Source: Chloroflexi bacterium RBG_16_57_11 (lineage in GTDB: Bacteria > Chloroflexota > Anaerolineae > Anaerolineales > UBA4823). From it: DNA of 35,788 nucleotides. Numbering within the stretch: position 1 is the stretch's first letter; every line of letters starts with the position of its first letter. The notes under the pieces were generated by a model. That model searched no databases. It saw nothing but the letters and a program-made list of their open reading frames with translations, and was not told the origin of the DNA. The stretch covers positions 19,938 to 55,725 of the forward strand of contig MGNS01000101.1 of NCBI GenBank assembly GCA_001795165.1, in the 5' to 3' direction. Below are positions 8,785 through 17,210 of this stretch, in pieces. The translations under genes were made by a program, and so were the position numbers.

Positions 8785-10097
8785 TGGCTGAAATCGTCAC
8801 CATGCCCAAGTTGGGCTTTGATATGGCGGAAGGCACGCTGGTACGCTGGGTCATCCAAGAGGGCGAGCCAGTGCAGAAAGGCGCGGTGCTGGCAGAGATA
8901 GAGACAGATAAGGCAACCGTCGAGGTGGAGTCGGCCTTCGATGGGATCATCGCCAAACATCTGGTCCCCGCCGGAGAAATCGTTCCGGTGAATACACCCA
9001 TCGCAGTGGTGGCCGCTCCGGGAGAAAGCGTGGAGAGCGCTGCCGCAGCAGCGCCACAGGCGGAAGGCACTCCGGCAGCCCCAACACCTGCCACGCCGGA
9101 GCCAACCACTCAGCCGGCCAAAGAACCCGAGCCGTCTGCCCCCGCAGAGCAAGGTCAGCTCCCCGGAGGGGTCAAAGCTTCGCCGGTGGCGCGGCGCATG
9201 GCTGAAGAGACGCGCATCAACCTTCAGGCTGTACCGGGCACAGGACCAGGTGGTCGAATTGTCAAACGCGATGTAGAAAACTACCTGGCTGCGCCCGCAG
9301 CCAAAGCTGTTCCGGTTACTGAAGCTGCCGCGGCCGCAGCTCCCGCTCCCATTGCGACAAAACCTACGCCAGCGCCCATCCCGCTGGCGCCGCTGGCTTC
9401 CGCGCCGACGCCTGCCGATGAGATCGTGCCGTTGAAACGCTTGCGGGCGGCGATCGGCAAGCGCATGCTGGAAGCCAAGCAACAGGTGCCGCATTTCTAT
9501 GTCACCCATGAGTATGACGTTGCGGCGCTGCTCGACCTGCGTAAACAGGTCAATGCCCTGCTACCCGATGAAGAGAAAATATCGGTCAATGATTTCGTCC
9601 TCAAAGCGACCGCATTGGCGTTGCGCCAGTTCCCCAACCTGAATGCCTCGCTGCAAGGTGACCAGATCGTGCGCCATGGCGCGGTCAACATTGGTGTGGC
9701 GGTCGCAGTCGAAGGCGGCCTGCTGACGGTGGTCTGCCGGGAGGCCGACCGAAAGCCACTGCGACAAATTGCGGTGGAGGTTCGCACGATGGCAGCCCGC
9801 GCCCGTGGGGGAAAAGTACGCCCTGAGGACATCGAAGGCTCAACCTTCTCGGTCTCCAACCTGGGCATGTTCGACGTCGAACAATTCTCCGCCATCATCA
9901 ACCCGCCAGAAGCCGCCATCCTGGCGGTGAGCTCGGCGCGAGAAATCCCGGTGGTCAAAGAGGGGCAGATCCAGCCGGGCTGGAGGATGAAAGCCACCAT
10001 CTCCGTCGATCACCGTGTCAGTGACGGCGCCGAGGCGGCGCGCTTCATGCAGGCGCTGACCGCTTACATCGAGCAGCCGTTACGGTTGTTGGTTTAG
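8784..10097 (+). CDS. pdhC: Dihydrolipoamide acyltransferase (E2) component
   Basis: Lipoyl domain with the ETDKA lipoyl-lysine motif. Ala/Pro-rich linkers flank a peripheral subunit-binding domain (ASPVARRMAEE..I.L..V.GTGPGGRIVKRDV). The catalytic domain carries DHRVSDGA. ATGG overlap with the pdhB stop. Confidence 0.92.
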   Translation: MAEIVTMPKLGFDMAEGTLVRWVIQEGEPVQKGAVLAEIETDKATVEVESAFDGIIAKHLVPAGEIVPVNTPIAVVAAPGESVESAAAAAPQAEGTPAAPTPATPEPTTQPAKEPEPSAPAEQGQLPGGVKASPVARRMAEETRINLQAVPGTGPGGRIVKRDVENYLAAPAAKAVPVTEAAAAAAPAPIATKPTPAPIPLAPLASAPTPADEIVPLKRLRAAIGKRMLEAKQQVPHFYVTHEYDVAALLDLRKQVNALLPDEEKISVNDFVLKATALALRQFPNLNASLQGDQIVRHGAVNIGVAVAVEGGLLTVVCREADRKPLRQIAVEVRTMAARARGGKVRPEDIEGSTFSVSNLGMFDVEQFSAIINPPEAAILAVSSAREIPVVKEGQIQPGWRMKATISVDHRVSDGAEAARFMQALTAYIEQPLRLLV

Positions 10098-10139
10098 CTG
10101 AATCGTCGTACAATAAAGTAGCTGACAACCCAGGCTTGA

Positions 10140-10186
10140 AACGCCAATGCCCGCGCATTTGCATTGGCGTTATCTGCTTGTTTTTC
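10140..10186 (+). terminator. Putative intrinsic terminator after the E2 gene
   Basis: Perfect 11-bp inverted repeat AACGCCAATGC (10140-10150) / GCATTGGCGTT (10161-10171). A T-rich stretch (CTTGTTTTT) follows a few nt downstream. The distance from stem to T-run is longer than ideal. Confidence 0.45.
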
Positions 10187-10202
10187 TAAGAAACGAGGGT
10201 CT

Positions 10203-11618
10203 ATGACGGACGAGCCAAACCAATTGCCGCCATCCAGCGAGGAAGGAACTCCCCAATCCAGAGCCTCCTTACTGGCGCGCCTAGCAGTGGGTGCGATTTC
10301 CTTCGGTCTGGATCTGCTTGACACTCAGGTCGCCAGCACTTCTTCTTCTCCGAGTGAAGAGGGCGCTCAAAGCCAGTTGATAGCAATCATGCCGGTTGAA
10401 GAGGAAGGCCAGCCATCCGACGCCCTCATGCGCCCTGGATCGGTTTCGATCCGCGCCTCTCAGGTCAGCGTTCCTACTCCAAGCGCTCCGCCTCGCGCTC
10501 GATCGCAGGCGGATGTCGATATGCAAAACACCCTGGTCGGTATGCTGATCGCATCAGCCAAGGGTGTAGATGGCGTGACCCGCCGGTTGGACCGGATGAC
10601 CCGCCTGGCAGGCCAAATGATCGATCCACTTGTTTCCCCTGTGGTCGACAGCAAAGCCTTCCGTCCATTCCGCCAATCCTGGGAGGGAATGGTCGCGCGC
10701 GGCCAGGAAGAAGTCGACAACTGGAGGCGCCTTGGTGAGGAAGAAACCGCCCGCGGCCAGGAGCTATTACAAGATGTGACCATGTCTACGGTAAATGCTA
10801 CGATTGATTACATCACCGTCCAGCCCGAAGTCACGGAACTTGTTACTCACCAAACAACTACGATAACATCTGAATTACTCACCGTATTCCGTGGATTGCT
10901 TTTCAACCTGGATTTCATTTTCGAAGGCCTTCTACGCCGCTTCCTGCACATGACCCCTCGCCGCGAGATACCCAGCCCATCGCGCGAGATCCGCGAGCGC
11001 GGAGTGACAGGCTTTATCCAAATACAGGGAAAACCGGATATCGATGCCCCCGGTAGCTGGGCAGGATACTATGCAGGCTTCGCCAGCCGCACAACCAGCC
11101 TGGCGATCGATTTGACCCTCCTGGCGATCGTGATGACCTTCGTGGCTTTTTTCACTCAGCAAGTATTGGATATCATGCGCTCAGGACTCAGCCTGTTACC
11201 TTTCAATTTTCCATTGAAGCAGCTTATTTCAGGTCTAGAACCAGGTTCGAATTTTGTATTCTCCTCGATTTTGTACTATAGCGTATTCGTTCTGTATCAC
11301 ACAATTTGTTGGTGCATTGCAGGCGCCACAATCGGGGATTTTGTGGCCGGCATACGTCTCGTCACCTTACAGGCAGATTTGCTTAATCCGTTGCGCGCCT
11401 TTCTGCGGGTCACCATCGGATATTCTTTGTCCTTCCTACTGTTCGGCTTTGGCTTCCTGATGGTGCTCTGGACGCCAAGACGACGCGGCTTGCACGATAA
11501 TTTATTTAAGACCGTCAAGGTCTACTCCTGGAACGCTCATCCCTCAGATCGGTTGCTCAAACGCCTGGCCGAACAAAATATCCCTGAGGAAAATTCAAAC
11601 TCGAAGGCCGGCGAATAA
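10203..11618 (+). CDS. RDD-family membrane protein with a long hydrophilic N-terminal extension
   Basis: The C-terminal RDD domain runs from YAGFASRTTSLAIDLTLLAIV through the TM segments to PRRRGLHDNLFKTVKV. The ATG at 10203 is preferred because GAGGG lies 5 nt upstream. The tracked start at 10164 falls inside the terminator hairpin. Confidence 0.75.
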   Translation: MTDEPNQLPPSSEEGTPQSRASLLARLAVGAISFGLDLLDTQVASTSSSPSEEGAQSQLIAIMPVEEEGQPSDALMRPGSVSIRASQVSVPTPSAPPRARSQADVDMQNTLVGMLIASAKGVDGVTRRLDRMTRLAGQMIDPLVSPVVDSKAFRPFRQSWEGMVARGQEEVDNWRRLGEEETARGQELLQDVTMSTVNATIDYITVQPEVTELVTHQTTTITSELLTVFRGLLFNLDFIFEGLLRRFLHMTPRREIPSPSREIRERGVTGFIQIQGKPDIDAPGSWAGYYAGFASRTTSLAIDLTLLAIVMTFVAFFTQQVLDIMRSGLSLLPFNFPLKQLISGLEPGSNFVFSSILYYSVFVLYHTICWCIAGATIGDFVAGIRLVTLQADLLNPLRAFLRVTIGYSLSFLLFGFGFLMVLWTPRRRGLHDNLFKTVKVYSWNAHPSDRLLKRLAEQNIPEENSNSKAGE

Positions 11619-11722
11619 ATTCCTCCGGTTTTTGACCTCGAGCGCCAGGCTAAGTAGTCCGGCATCTGGATACATCCTATCTGCATCCCGAAAAATGATC
11701 GCCGTCATCGATAAAACTCGCT

Positions 11723-12313
11723 ATGCCAAGTTTTGAATACGACCAACGTTATCTGCAAGCAGGCATCGAGCAACTGGAGGCGTATCTTCTTGCCAGGGAT
11801 CTGTACTGGCCGATTGGGATCAATCCGCCGAAGGGCGAACCGCCTTATGCACAGCTCACCCCGGGAGGCTTACTGCTTGCACGTCAGCGGTTAGAGTCGA
11901 CCGTCGAAACCCCGACCCAGCAAGCCGATTTAGCCCGCCTGAGGCAGCGCCTAGAGGCAGTGTGCAGGCAATGGCGCACCGCCTGGGGCAATAAAGCCCG
12001 TCAGGATTTCCACGCCCGGCTGAAGTTATGGCGAGATTTTCTCGAAGAATATCGCGAAAAACCTTCTGCACATTTCGATCGCTACGGCTATGAAGTTGGG
12101 CGGCGCGTCCAGCTTCACTTGCTCGCAGGAGAAGCCATCGATCTCCCGCCGGCCGAGCTTGAAGCCGTCAATGGCCTGGACAAACTCTTGAGGGCGATCT
12201 TCCGACCCGGCTCATTTATTTGGGAAGCTATCCTGATTTCGAGTTTTCCGTCACAGACCTACTGGTATCTGTACGGAGCATTGAAGGAAGAATCGATCGA
12301 GGCGTCGTTGTGA
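11723..12313 (+). CDS. Hypothetical protein (196 aa), no family recognised
   Basis: Clean ORF with coding-like composition. Its TGA stop overlaps the GTG start of the downstream MFS gene (GTGA at 12310-12313). Confidence 0.55.
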   Translation: MPSFEYDQRYLQAGIEQLEAYLLARDLYWPIGINPPKGEPPYAQLTPGGLLLARQRLESTVETPTQQADLARLRQRLEAVCRQWRTAWGNKARQDFHARLKLWRDFLEEYREKPSAHFDRYGYEVGRRVQLHLLAGEAIDLPPAELEAVNGLDKLLRAIFRPGSFIWEAILISSFPSQTYWYLYGALKEESIEASL

Positions 12314-13590
12314 GATTACCTCGCTGGTCGGTGGCGCCAGCCGACGTCATCGGCGCGCAACGAAAAAACTTCCGTTACGTACAGATCGACGCCATCGCCA
12401 TCGGGCTTACCAGTGCGGCGGCCCCATTCCTACCTGTTTTCCTGGCCCGTTTGGGCGCTACCAATTTCCAAATCGGCCTTTTGACTGCTCTGCCTGGCTT
12501 TACCGGCTTGCTATTAGCGGTCTTCATCGGTCGTTTCCTCCAGAACAGGCGCAACATTGTGCCCTGGTTCAGCGCTTCCCGCTTGCTGGTTGTATCTGCC
12601 TATGCTGCTACAGGCCTTGCCCCCTTTATTGTTCCCGAAGACTATCTGATCGTGACGATCCTGGCAATCTGGGCACTGGCGACCATCCCGCAAACCTCGC
12701 TGGCAGTCTGCTTTTCGGTGGTGATGAATGCAGTCGCGGGCCCGGAACACCGCTTTGACTTGATGAGTCGCCGCTGGTCCATCCTGGACCTGACAAACGC
12801 AGTCATGGTCGCCATCGCCGGTCAGGTGCTCGAGCTTTTCAATTTCCCAATGAATTACCAGGTGGTCTTTACTAGCCTTTCCATTGGTGGCTTGCTCAGC
12901 TATTATTTCTCCAGCCGCATCGCCCTACCGGATAGCCAGCCTCCGCCTGCCTTGCCTGGGCGGACAATCGGCCAGCGCGTTAGGGAATACTTTCGACTCG
13001 TGCTGTCTCAACATGATTTTATCAACTTTTCTGTCAGGCGTTTTGTCTTCCAGTGCGGAATGCTGCTGGCAACCCCATTGATACCTATCTACTATGTGCG
13101 AGAAGTTCAGGCCAGTGATGCCTGGATCGGCTATTTTAGCACCGCCCAAACGGCCACTTTGTTGGTGGGGTACTTCTTATGGCCGAAGCAATCCCAACGC
13201 CGGGGCTCACGCTTTGTCCTGCTGTGCTCCACGCTCGGCCTGAGCCTCTATCCCGCACTGGTCGCCTCGACTCAAACCGAAATTCTACTTGTTTTACTCG
13301 CCGGCCTGGCTGGTGTGTTCCAGGCCGGCCTGGAGCTGGTCTTCTTCGACGAGCTGATGAAGACCGTCCCGGTTGAATATAGCGCTACCTTTGTCTCGTT
13401 GGCGCAAAGCATGACCTATTTGGCAACCATTATTGCACCCCTTGCAGGATCCTGGCTTTCTGATCATATCGGGCTGACGGGCGCTCTGCTCATAAGCACG
13501 TTGGTCCGACTACTCGGATTTGCTTTGTTCACGGCACCCGGACTGGTTCGTGGCCGTCGTGGCGCGGCACGATTAATTCATACACAATAA
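12310..13590 (+). CDS. MFS-type transporter
   Basis: About 12 hydrophobic segments arranged as two six-TM halves separated by a central loop (PDSQPPPALPGRTIGQRVREY). GTG at 12310 is preferred to the tracked ATG at 12220, which would overlap the upstream ORF by 94 nt. Confidence 0.8.
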   Translation: MRLPRWSVAPADVIGAQRKNFRYVQIDAIAIGLTSAAAPFLPVFLARLGATNFQIGLLTALPGFTGLLLAVFIGRFLQNRRNIVPWFSASRLLVVSAYAATGLAPFIVPEDYLIVTILAIWALATIPQTSLAVCFSVVMNAVAGPEHRFDLMSRRWSILDLTNAVMVAIAGQVLELFNFPMNYQVVFTSLSIGGLLSYYFSSRIALPDSQPPPALPGRTIGQRVREYFRLVLSQHDFINFSVRRFVFQCGMLLATPLIPIYYVREVQASDAWIGYFSTAQTATLLVGYFLWPKQSQRRGSRFVLLCSTLGLSLYPALVASTQTEILLVLLAGLAGVFQAGLELVFFDELMKTVPVEYSATFVSLAQSMTYLATIIAPLAGSWLSDHIGLTGALLISTLVRLLGFALFTAPGLVRGRRGAARLIHTQ

Positions 13591-13605
13591 CCGGGAAGGT
13601 TATCC

Positions 13606-13971
13606 ATGACTAAAAAAACACGCAGCGAGATGGAAGATGAGTTTTCCAAGGCAATGATTCGTTTTGAAAAGGATTATTTCGGCCGGGGATCCGTGGAAGC
13701 ACGTACTTATATCCTCCATGATATGATCCTGGTGCGTTTACGCGGAATCCTAACCCCTGCGGAACAGACGTTGGCAGAAAGCCGAGAGGGGATGTTGATG
13801 GTGAAAGACACGCGCCGCCAGCTCTTCGAAACCGCCCGGCCGCACCTGGTCGAGATGGTGCGCCAGATCACCGGCGCCCGCATGATCAGCCTGCATTCGG
13901 ATATGAGCACAAGCTCAGGTGAGCGAATCGTGGTGCTTATCGTCGACACCAATTTGAGTAATCCAGGATAG
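13606..13971 (+). CDS. DUF2294 (MpsC-like) family protein
   Basis: The pattern MIRFEKDYFGRGSVEARTYILHDMILVRLRGILTPAEQTLAES...ISLHSDMSTSSGERIVVLIV matches my recollection of the DUF2294 consensus. Starts 15 nt after the MFS gene. Confidence 0.65.
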   Translation: MTKKTRSEMEDEFSKAMIRFEKDYFGRGSVEARTYILHDMILVRLRGILTPAEQTLAESREGMLMVKDTRRQLFETARPHLVEMVRQITGARMISLHSDMSTSSGERIVVLIVDTNLSNPG

Positions 13972-14097
13972 GACTCCTGTCTGTATCTCGCCTCCGGTAA
14001 TGACCGCTCATTGGATGCATCATAACCTCTATCCAGAAAGCCGGTTGCTGGCAAGAAATTTACTTGTAAGAATCATATAAGAATCCTGTACAATATA

Positions 14098-14126
14098 TTG
14101 ACACCGCGCAATCCTTTTGGTATAAA
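14098..14126 (+). promoter_or_regulatory. Near-consensus sigma-70-type promoter upstream of the M50 protease gene
   Basis: TTGACA (14098-14103), 17-nt spacer, TATAAA (14121-14126), within an AT-rich 330-nt intergenic region. This implies a leader of about 170 nt. Confidence 0.5.
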
Positions 14127-14302
14127 TTAATGTAATATACTTGGCTGATTGGGAAAATAGCGCAGGCTCTGGCTTCTGTTGATCGATAAGAAGCCAGCAT
14201 GGGTTCACAAAGCGGTGGACCTTGCTGGCGTTTCAAGTTCGTAAGCTAGATTTATTCTTTAGCGGTGTTCGATCAAGCATATGAGTACCAAAGGTGTGAA
14301 CG

Positions 14303-15421
14303 ATGAACGCAAATATTAAACTAGGACGGATTTGGGGTATCCCAATCGGTTTACACGCGAGCTGGTTTATTGTTTTTGGTCTGGTGCTACTTTCATTGAG
14401 CACAAGCTACTTCCCTGACCAATATCCGCAGCTCTCCTCTGGATCGCATGTTATCCTGGCAGCCATCACAACAACCCTACTCTTCGGGTCCGTGCTACTC
14501 CACGAGTTAGGGCACGCCTTAATCGCCCTGCGTAATCGCATCCCGGTAAAGGGCATCACACTGTTCATCTTCGGCGGTGTCGCACAGATCATCCGAGAGC
14601 CGGAAACTCCAGGAGCTGAGTTTCGCATTGCCATCGCCGGTCCCCTGGTAAGCCTGGGATTGGCCGGGCTATTCGGGGGGCTTTTCCTGATCAACCAAAA
14701 CCTACCGTTCCTGGCAGCTCCCAGCGAGTATTTGATGCGGTTGAACTTTATGCTGGTATTGTTCAACATGATCCCTGGTTTTCCATTGGATGGCGGGCGT
14801 GTATTGCGCTCGATCCTGTGGAGAATTACCGGCAACCAAAGCCAGGCTACTCGTATCGCCTCGCTTGGTGGGCAGGTAGTCGCCTTTGGGTTTCTCGGCC
14901 TGGGGATTTTAAGCCTGTTCACCGGGCAATTCACGAACGGTCTTTGGCTGATCTTTATCGGCTGGTTTTTGCAAAACGCCGCTGCATCGGCCAACCAGCA
15001 GACACGTGTACAGCAAAGGCTGCGCGGCGTCATCGTAGAACAAGCTATGAACCGTGATCTGGGAATTGTCGCCCCGTTAACCCCGCTCAGCCAGGTAGTT
15101 GATCAAAGGGTACTGCAAAACGGCGAAGCTGCCTTTTTCGTGACCGAGTATGATGGGCGAACCGCCGGGCTCATCACCTTGCAGGACATCACCCGAATAC
15201 CGCAGACACAGTGGCGCTATATGACGGTGGGCCAGGTGATGACGCCGATCCATCGCCTCCTGCAAGTGGACGCTGGGGCGGAGTTAATGGCTGCCTTACA
15301 AATGATGGAAGAAAAAGACGCTCACCATGCGGCCGTGGTGCGGGACAACGACACGGTTGGATTGCTGTCACGAGAGCAAGTCATGCGCTACCTGCGATTG
15401 CGCGCCGAGCTCGGCGTATAA
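14303..15421 (+). CDS. M50-family site-2 metalloprotease with a C-terminal CBS-domain pair
   Basis: HELGH zinc motif inside a TM segment (VLLHELGHALIA) and a second metal-ligand region (FNMIPGFPLDGGRVL). A tandem CBS region follows (QAMNRDLGIV...VGQVMTPIHRLL...VVRDNDTVGLLSREQVMRYL). Confidence 0.88.
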   Translation: MNANIKLGRIWGIPIGLHASWFIVFGLVLLSLSTSYFPDQYPQLSSGSHVILAAITTTLLFGSVLLHELGHALIALRNRIPVKGITLFIFGGVAQIIREPETPGAEFRIAIAGPLVSLGLAGLFGGLFLINQNLPFLAAPSEYLMRLNFMLVLFNMIPGFPLDGGRVLRSILWRITGNQSQATRIASLGGQVVAFGFLGLGILSLFTGQFTNGLWLIFIGWFLQNAAASANQQTRVQQRLRGVIVEQAMNRDLGIVAPLTPLSQVVDQRVLQNGEAAFFVTEYDGRTAGLITLQDITRIPQTQWRYMTVGQVMTPIHRLLQVDAGAELMAALQMMEEKDAHHAAVVRDNDTVGLLSREQVMRYLRLRAELGV

Positions 15422-15561
15422 TTCTGTCCGCCGTGCTGGTTTCTATCGTACGACCTTTGGATTGAGCCAGTCCTGACTGAATTTTTGATCATGGAATATC
15501 TGGCGACTCGACGAATGTTGATGCCGCCAGATTGCAAATTAATAAGAGGAGGCATAAGCTT

Positions 15562-16809
15562 TTGACCCCATTCCTCCAGCTTTCCTTGGCACTTGCGATC
15601 TTGATTGCAGCTGCCAAAGCCGGCGGTTACCTTAGCTACCGGCTTGGGCAGCCCTCGGTCTTGGGAGAGTTGTTAGTCGGCATCCTATTGGGCCCTACGC
15701 TGGTCGATATCCTCCACATCCCCTACTTCACCGATCCACACCTGCCCGAAGTAATCCATCAAATGGCAGAGGTAGGTGTACTGCTGCTTATGTTTCTCGT
15801 CGGTTTGGAGCTGCACATTTCCGATCTGGCCAAGACGGGCAAAGTGGCGGCTCTCGCCGGTATACTGGGTGTGATCCTGCCCCTGATCATGGGTTTTGGA
15901 ACAGGTAAAGTCTTCGATTTACCCAACACCGCAGCAATATTCTTAGGCCTGATCCTAGCGGCCACCAGCGTCAGCATCTCTGCCCAGACTCTGATGGAGC
16001 TAAATGTCCTGCGCAGTCGGGTAGGCATCAGCCTGTTGGGGGCTGCGGTGTTCGATGATATTTTGGTCGTGCTGGGCCTGTCACTGTTCACCGCCTTGGT
16101 GGTAACCGAATCGCCGGGAGGTTTGGCCACTGTGCTGGGTGTCCTCGGGCGCATGGCGCTGTATCTCGGCCTGGCAGCCGCATCGGGGTGGGTGGCGCTG
16201 CCCAAGGCCAGCCGGCGGATTAGCAAACTGCCGGTCAGCCAGGGATTGATCGCTTTTACAATTGTAACCCTCCTGCTATACGGCTGGGCGGCAGAGGAGC
16301 TAGGGGGCATGGCCGCCATCACTGGAGCTTTCTTGGCAGGCCTGTTGTTTGCACGCAGCCCGGTCAAGCAGCGCATCGAAAGTGGCATTACTGCCTTGGC
16401 TTATGGGTTGTTTGTACCCATCTTTTTCATCAACGTCGGCCTGACGGCGGATCTGCGCGAATTACTGGGCGACACTTTTTGGCTGTTCGCCATCCTGGCA
16501 GTTGTAGCTATGCTTGGCAAAATCATCGGCGCTGGTGCAGGGGCGTTTCTTGGTGGGCTTAGCCGCCAGGAATCTTTACAAGTTGGCATTGGCATGATGT
16601 CACGCGGCGAGGTAGGGTTGATTGTCGCAACCGTAGGTGTTGCCCAGGGGTTGATCGACGAGGTGGTCTTTGCGGTAGTGGTTGGCGTGGTGATTATAAC
16701 GACCTTGTTGACGCCGCCGCTCCTGCGAGCTTCTTTTGCAAATTCGAAATCATCAGCAGACAGGTCCAAACCAGAAAACAAATCAGCGGCCGAAGGAGAG
16801 CTAGAATGA
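15562..16809 (+). CDS. CPA2-family cation/proton antiporter (Kef/NapA-like membrane domain only, no KTN/RCK domain)
   Basis: The N-terminus (LQLSLALAILIAAAKAGGYLSYRLGQPSVLGELLVGILLGP) is typical of Na_H_Exchanger proteins, and there are about 12 TM segments. TTG at 15562 is preferred because AGGAGG (15547-15552) lies 9 nt upstream. The tracked start is TTG at 15532. Confidence 0.85.
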   Translation: MTPFLQLSLALAILIAAAKAGGYLSYRLGQPSVLGELLVGILLGPTLVDILHIPYFTDPHLPEVIHQMAEVGVLLLMFLVGLELHISDLAKTGKVAALAGILGVILPLIMGFGTGKVFDLPNTAAIFLGLILAATSVSISAQTLMELNVLRSRVGISLLGAAVFDDILVVLGLSLFTALVVTESPGGLATVLGVLGRMALYLGLAAASGWVALPKASRRISKLPVSQGLIAFTIVTLLLYGWAAEELGGMAAITGAFLAGLLFARSPVKQRIESGITALAYGLFVPIFFINVGLTADLRELLGDTFWLFAILAVVAMLGKIIGAGAGAFLGGLSRQESLQVGIGMMSRGEVGLIVATVGVAQGLIDEVVFAVVVGVVIITTLLTPPLLRASFANSKSSADRSKPENKSAAEGELE

Positions 16810-17156
16810 GCTACCTGGTGGTTTTGATTGTCGATGATCCAGACGATTGTGCAGGAATCTTGGATGCCTGGAGCGAGATAGGCGTCAGTGGCGCCACCAT
16901 CCTGGACAGCACCGGAATGGGACGTTTAAAAAAAGCCGGTCTGATGGATGACTTTCCGCTTTTACCGCGGCTGGAGGATTTCTTAGAGGTGCGAGAAGAG
17001 CCGCATCGCACGATTCTGTCAGTTGTCGAGAATGAGGCACTCGTGGACAGGATGGCATCCATCGCCCAGCACATCATTGGCGATCTGGATGAGCCGCATA
17101 CGGGCTTTTTATTCGTAGTACCCGTGCTGAAGGCTTACGGTCTGGGACGGAAATAA
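16806..17156 (+). CDS. Small PII-like (ferredoxin-fold beta-alpha-beta x2) protein, translationally coupled to the antiporter
   Basis: ATGA start/stop overlap with the antiporter gene. The 116-aa sequence has a PII-like layout: beta1 YLVVLIVDD, helix CAGILDAWSEIGVSGATILDSTG, a long T-loop-like insert, SVVENEALVDRMASIAQHI, and FLFVVPVLKAYG. The fold assignment is by eye only. Confidence 0.55.
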   Translation: MSYLVVLIVDDPDDCAGILDAWSEIGVSGATILDSTGMGRLKKAGLMDDFPLLPRLEDFLEVREEPHRTILSVVENEALVDRMASIAQHIIGDLDEPHTGFLFVVPVLKAYGLGRK

Positions 17157-17162
17157 TGCAAT

Positions 17163-17210
17163 AAAAAATGGGAGTGGTGAGCAACGCGCACCACTCCCAT
17201 CAGGATTTTT
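17163..17210. terminator. Bidirectional intrinsic terminator between the convergent PII-like gene and trpB2
   Basis: Perfect 12-bp stem ATGGGAGTGGTG (17168-17179) / CACCACTCCCAT (17189-17200) with a 9-nt loop. It is flanked by AAAAAA on the left and GGATTTTT on the right, so a U-tract is present in both orientations. Confidence 0.7.

Noticed and set aside
8658-9509. 283-aa ORF on the minus strand opposite the E2 gene. The same applies to other long antisense ORFs: 2138..2767, 4794..5294, 9497..10000, 14407..15033, 15759..16388, 16401..16781, 24952..25500, 25507..25968, 28306..28761 and 30642..31109.
   Set aside because: They all lie antisense to genes with strong motif support. They have Arg/Gly/Cys/Ser/Pro-rich, low-complexity compositions typical of shadow ORFs in GC-rich DNA, and they lack RBS context.
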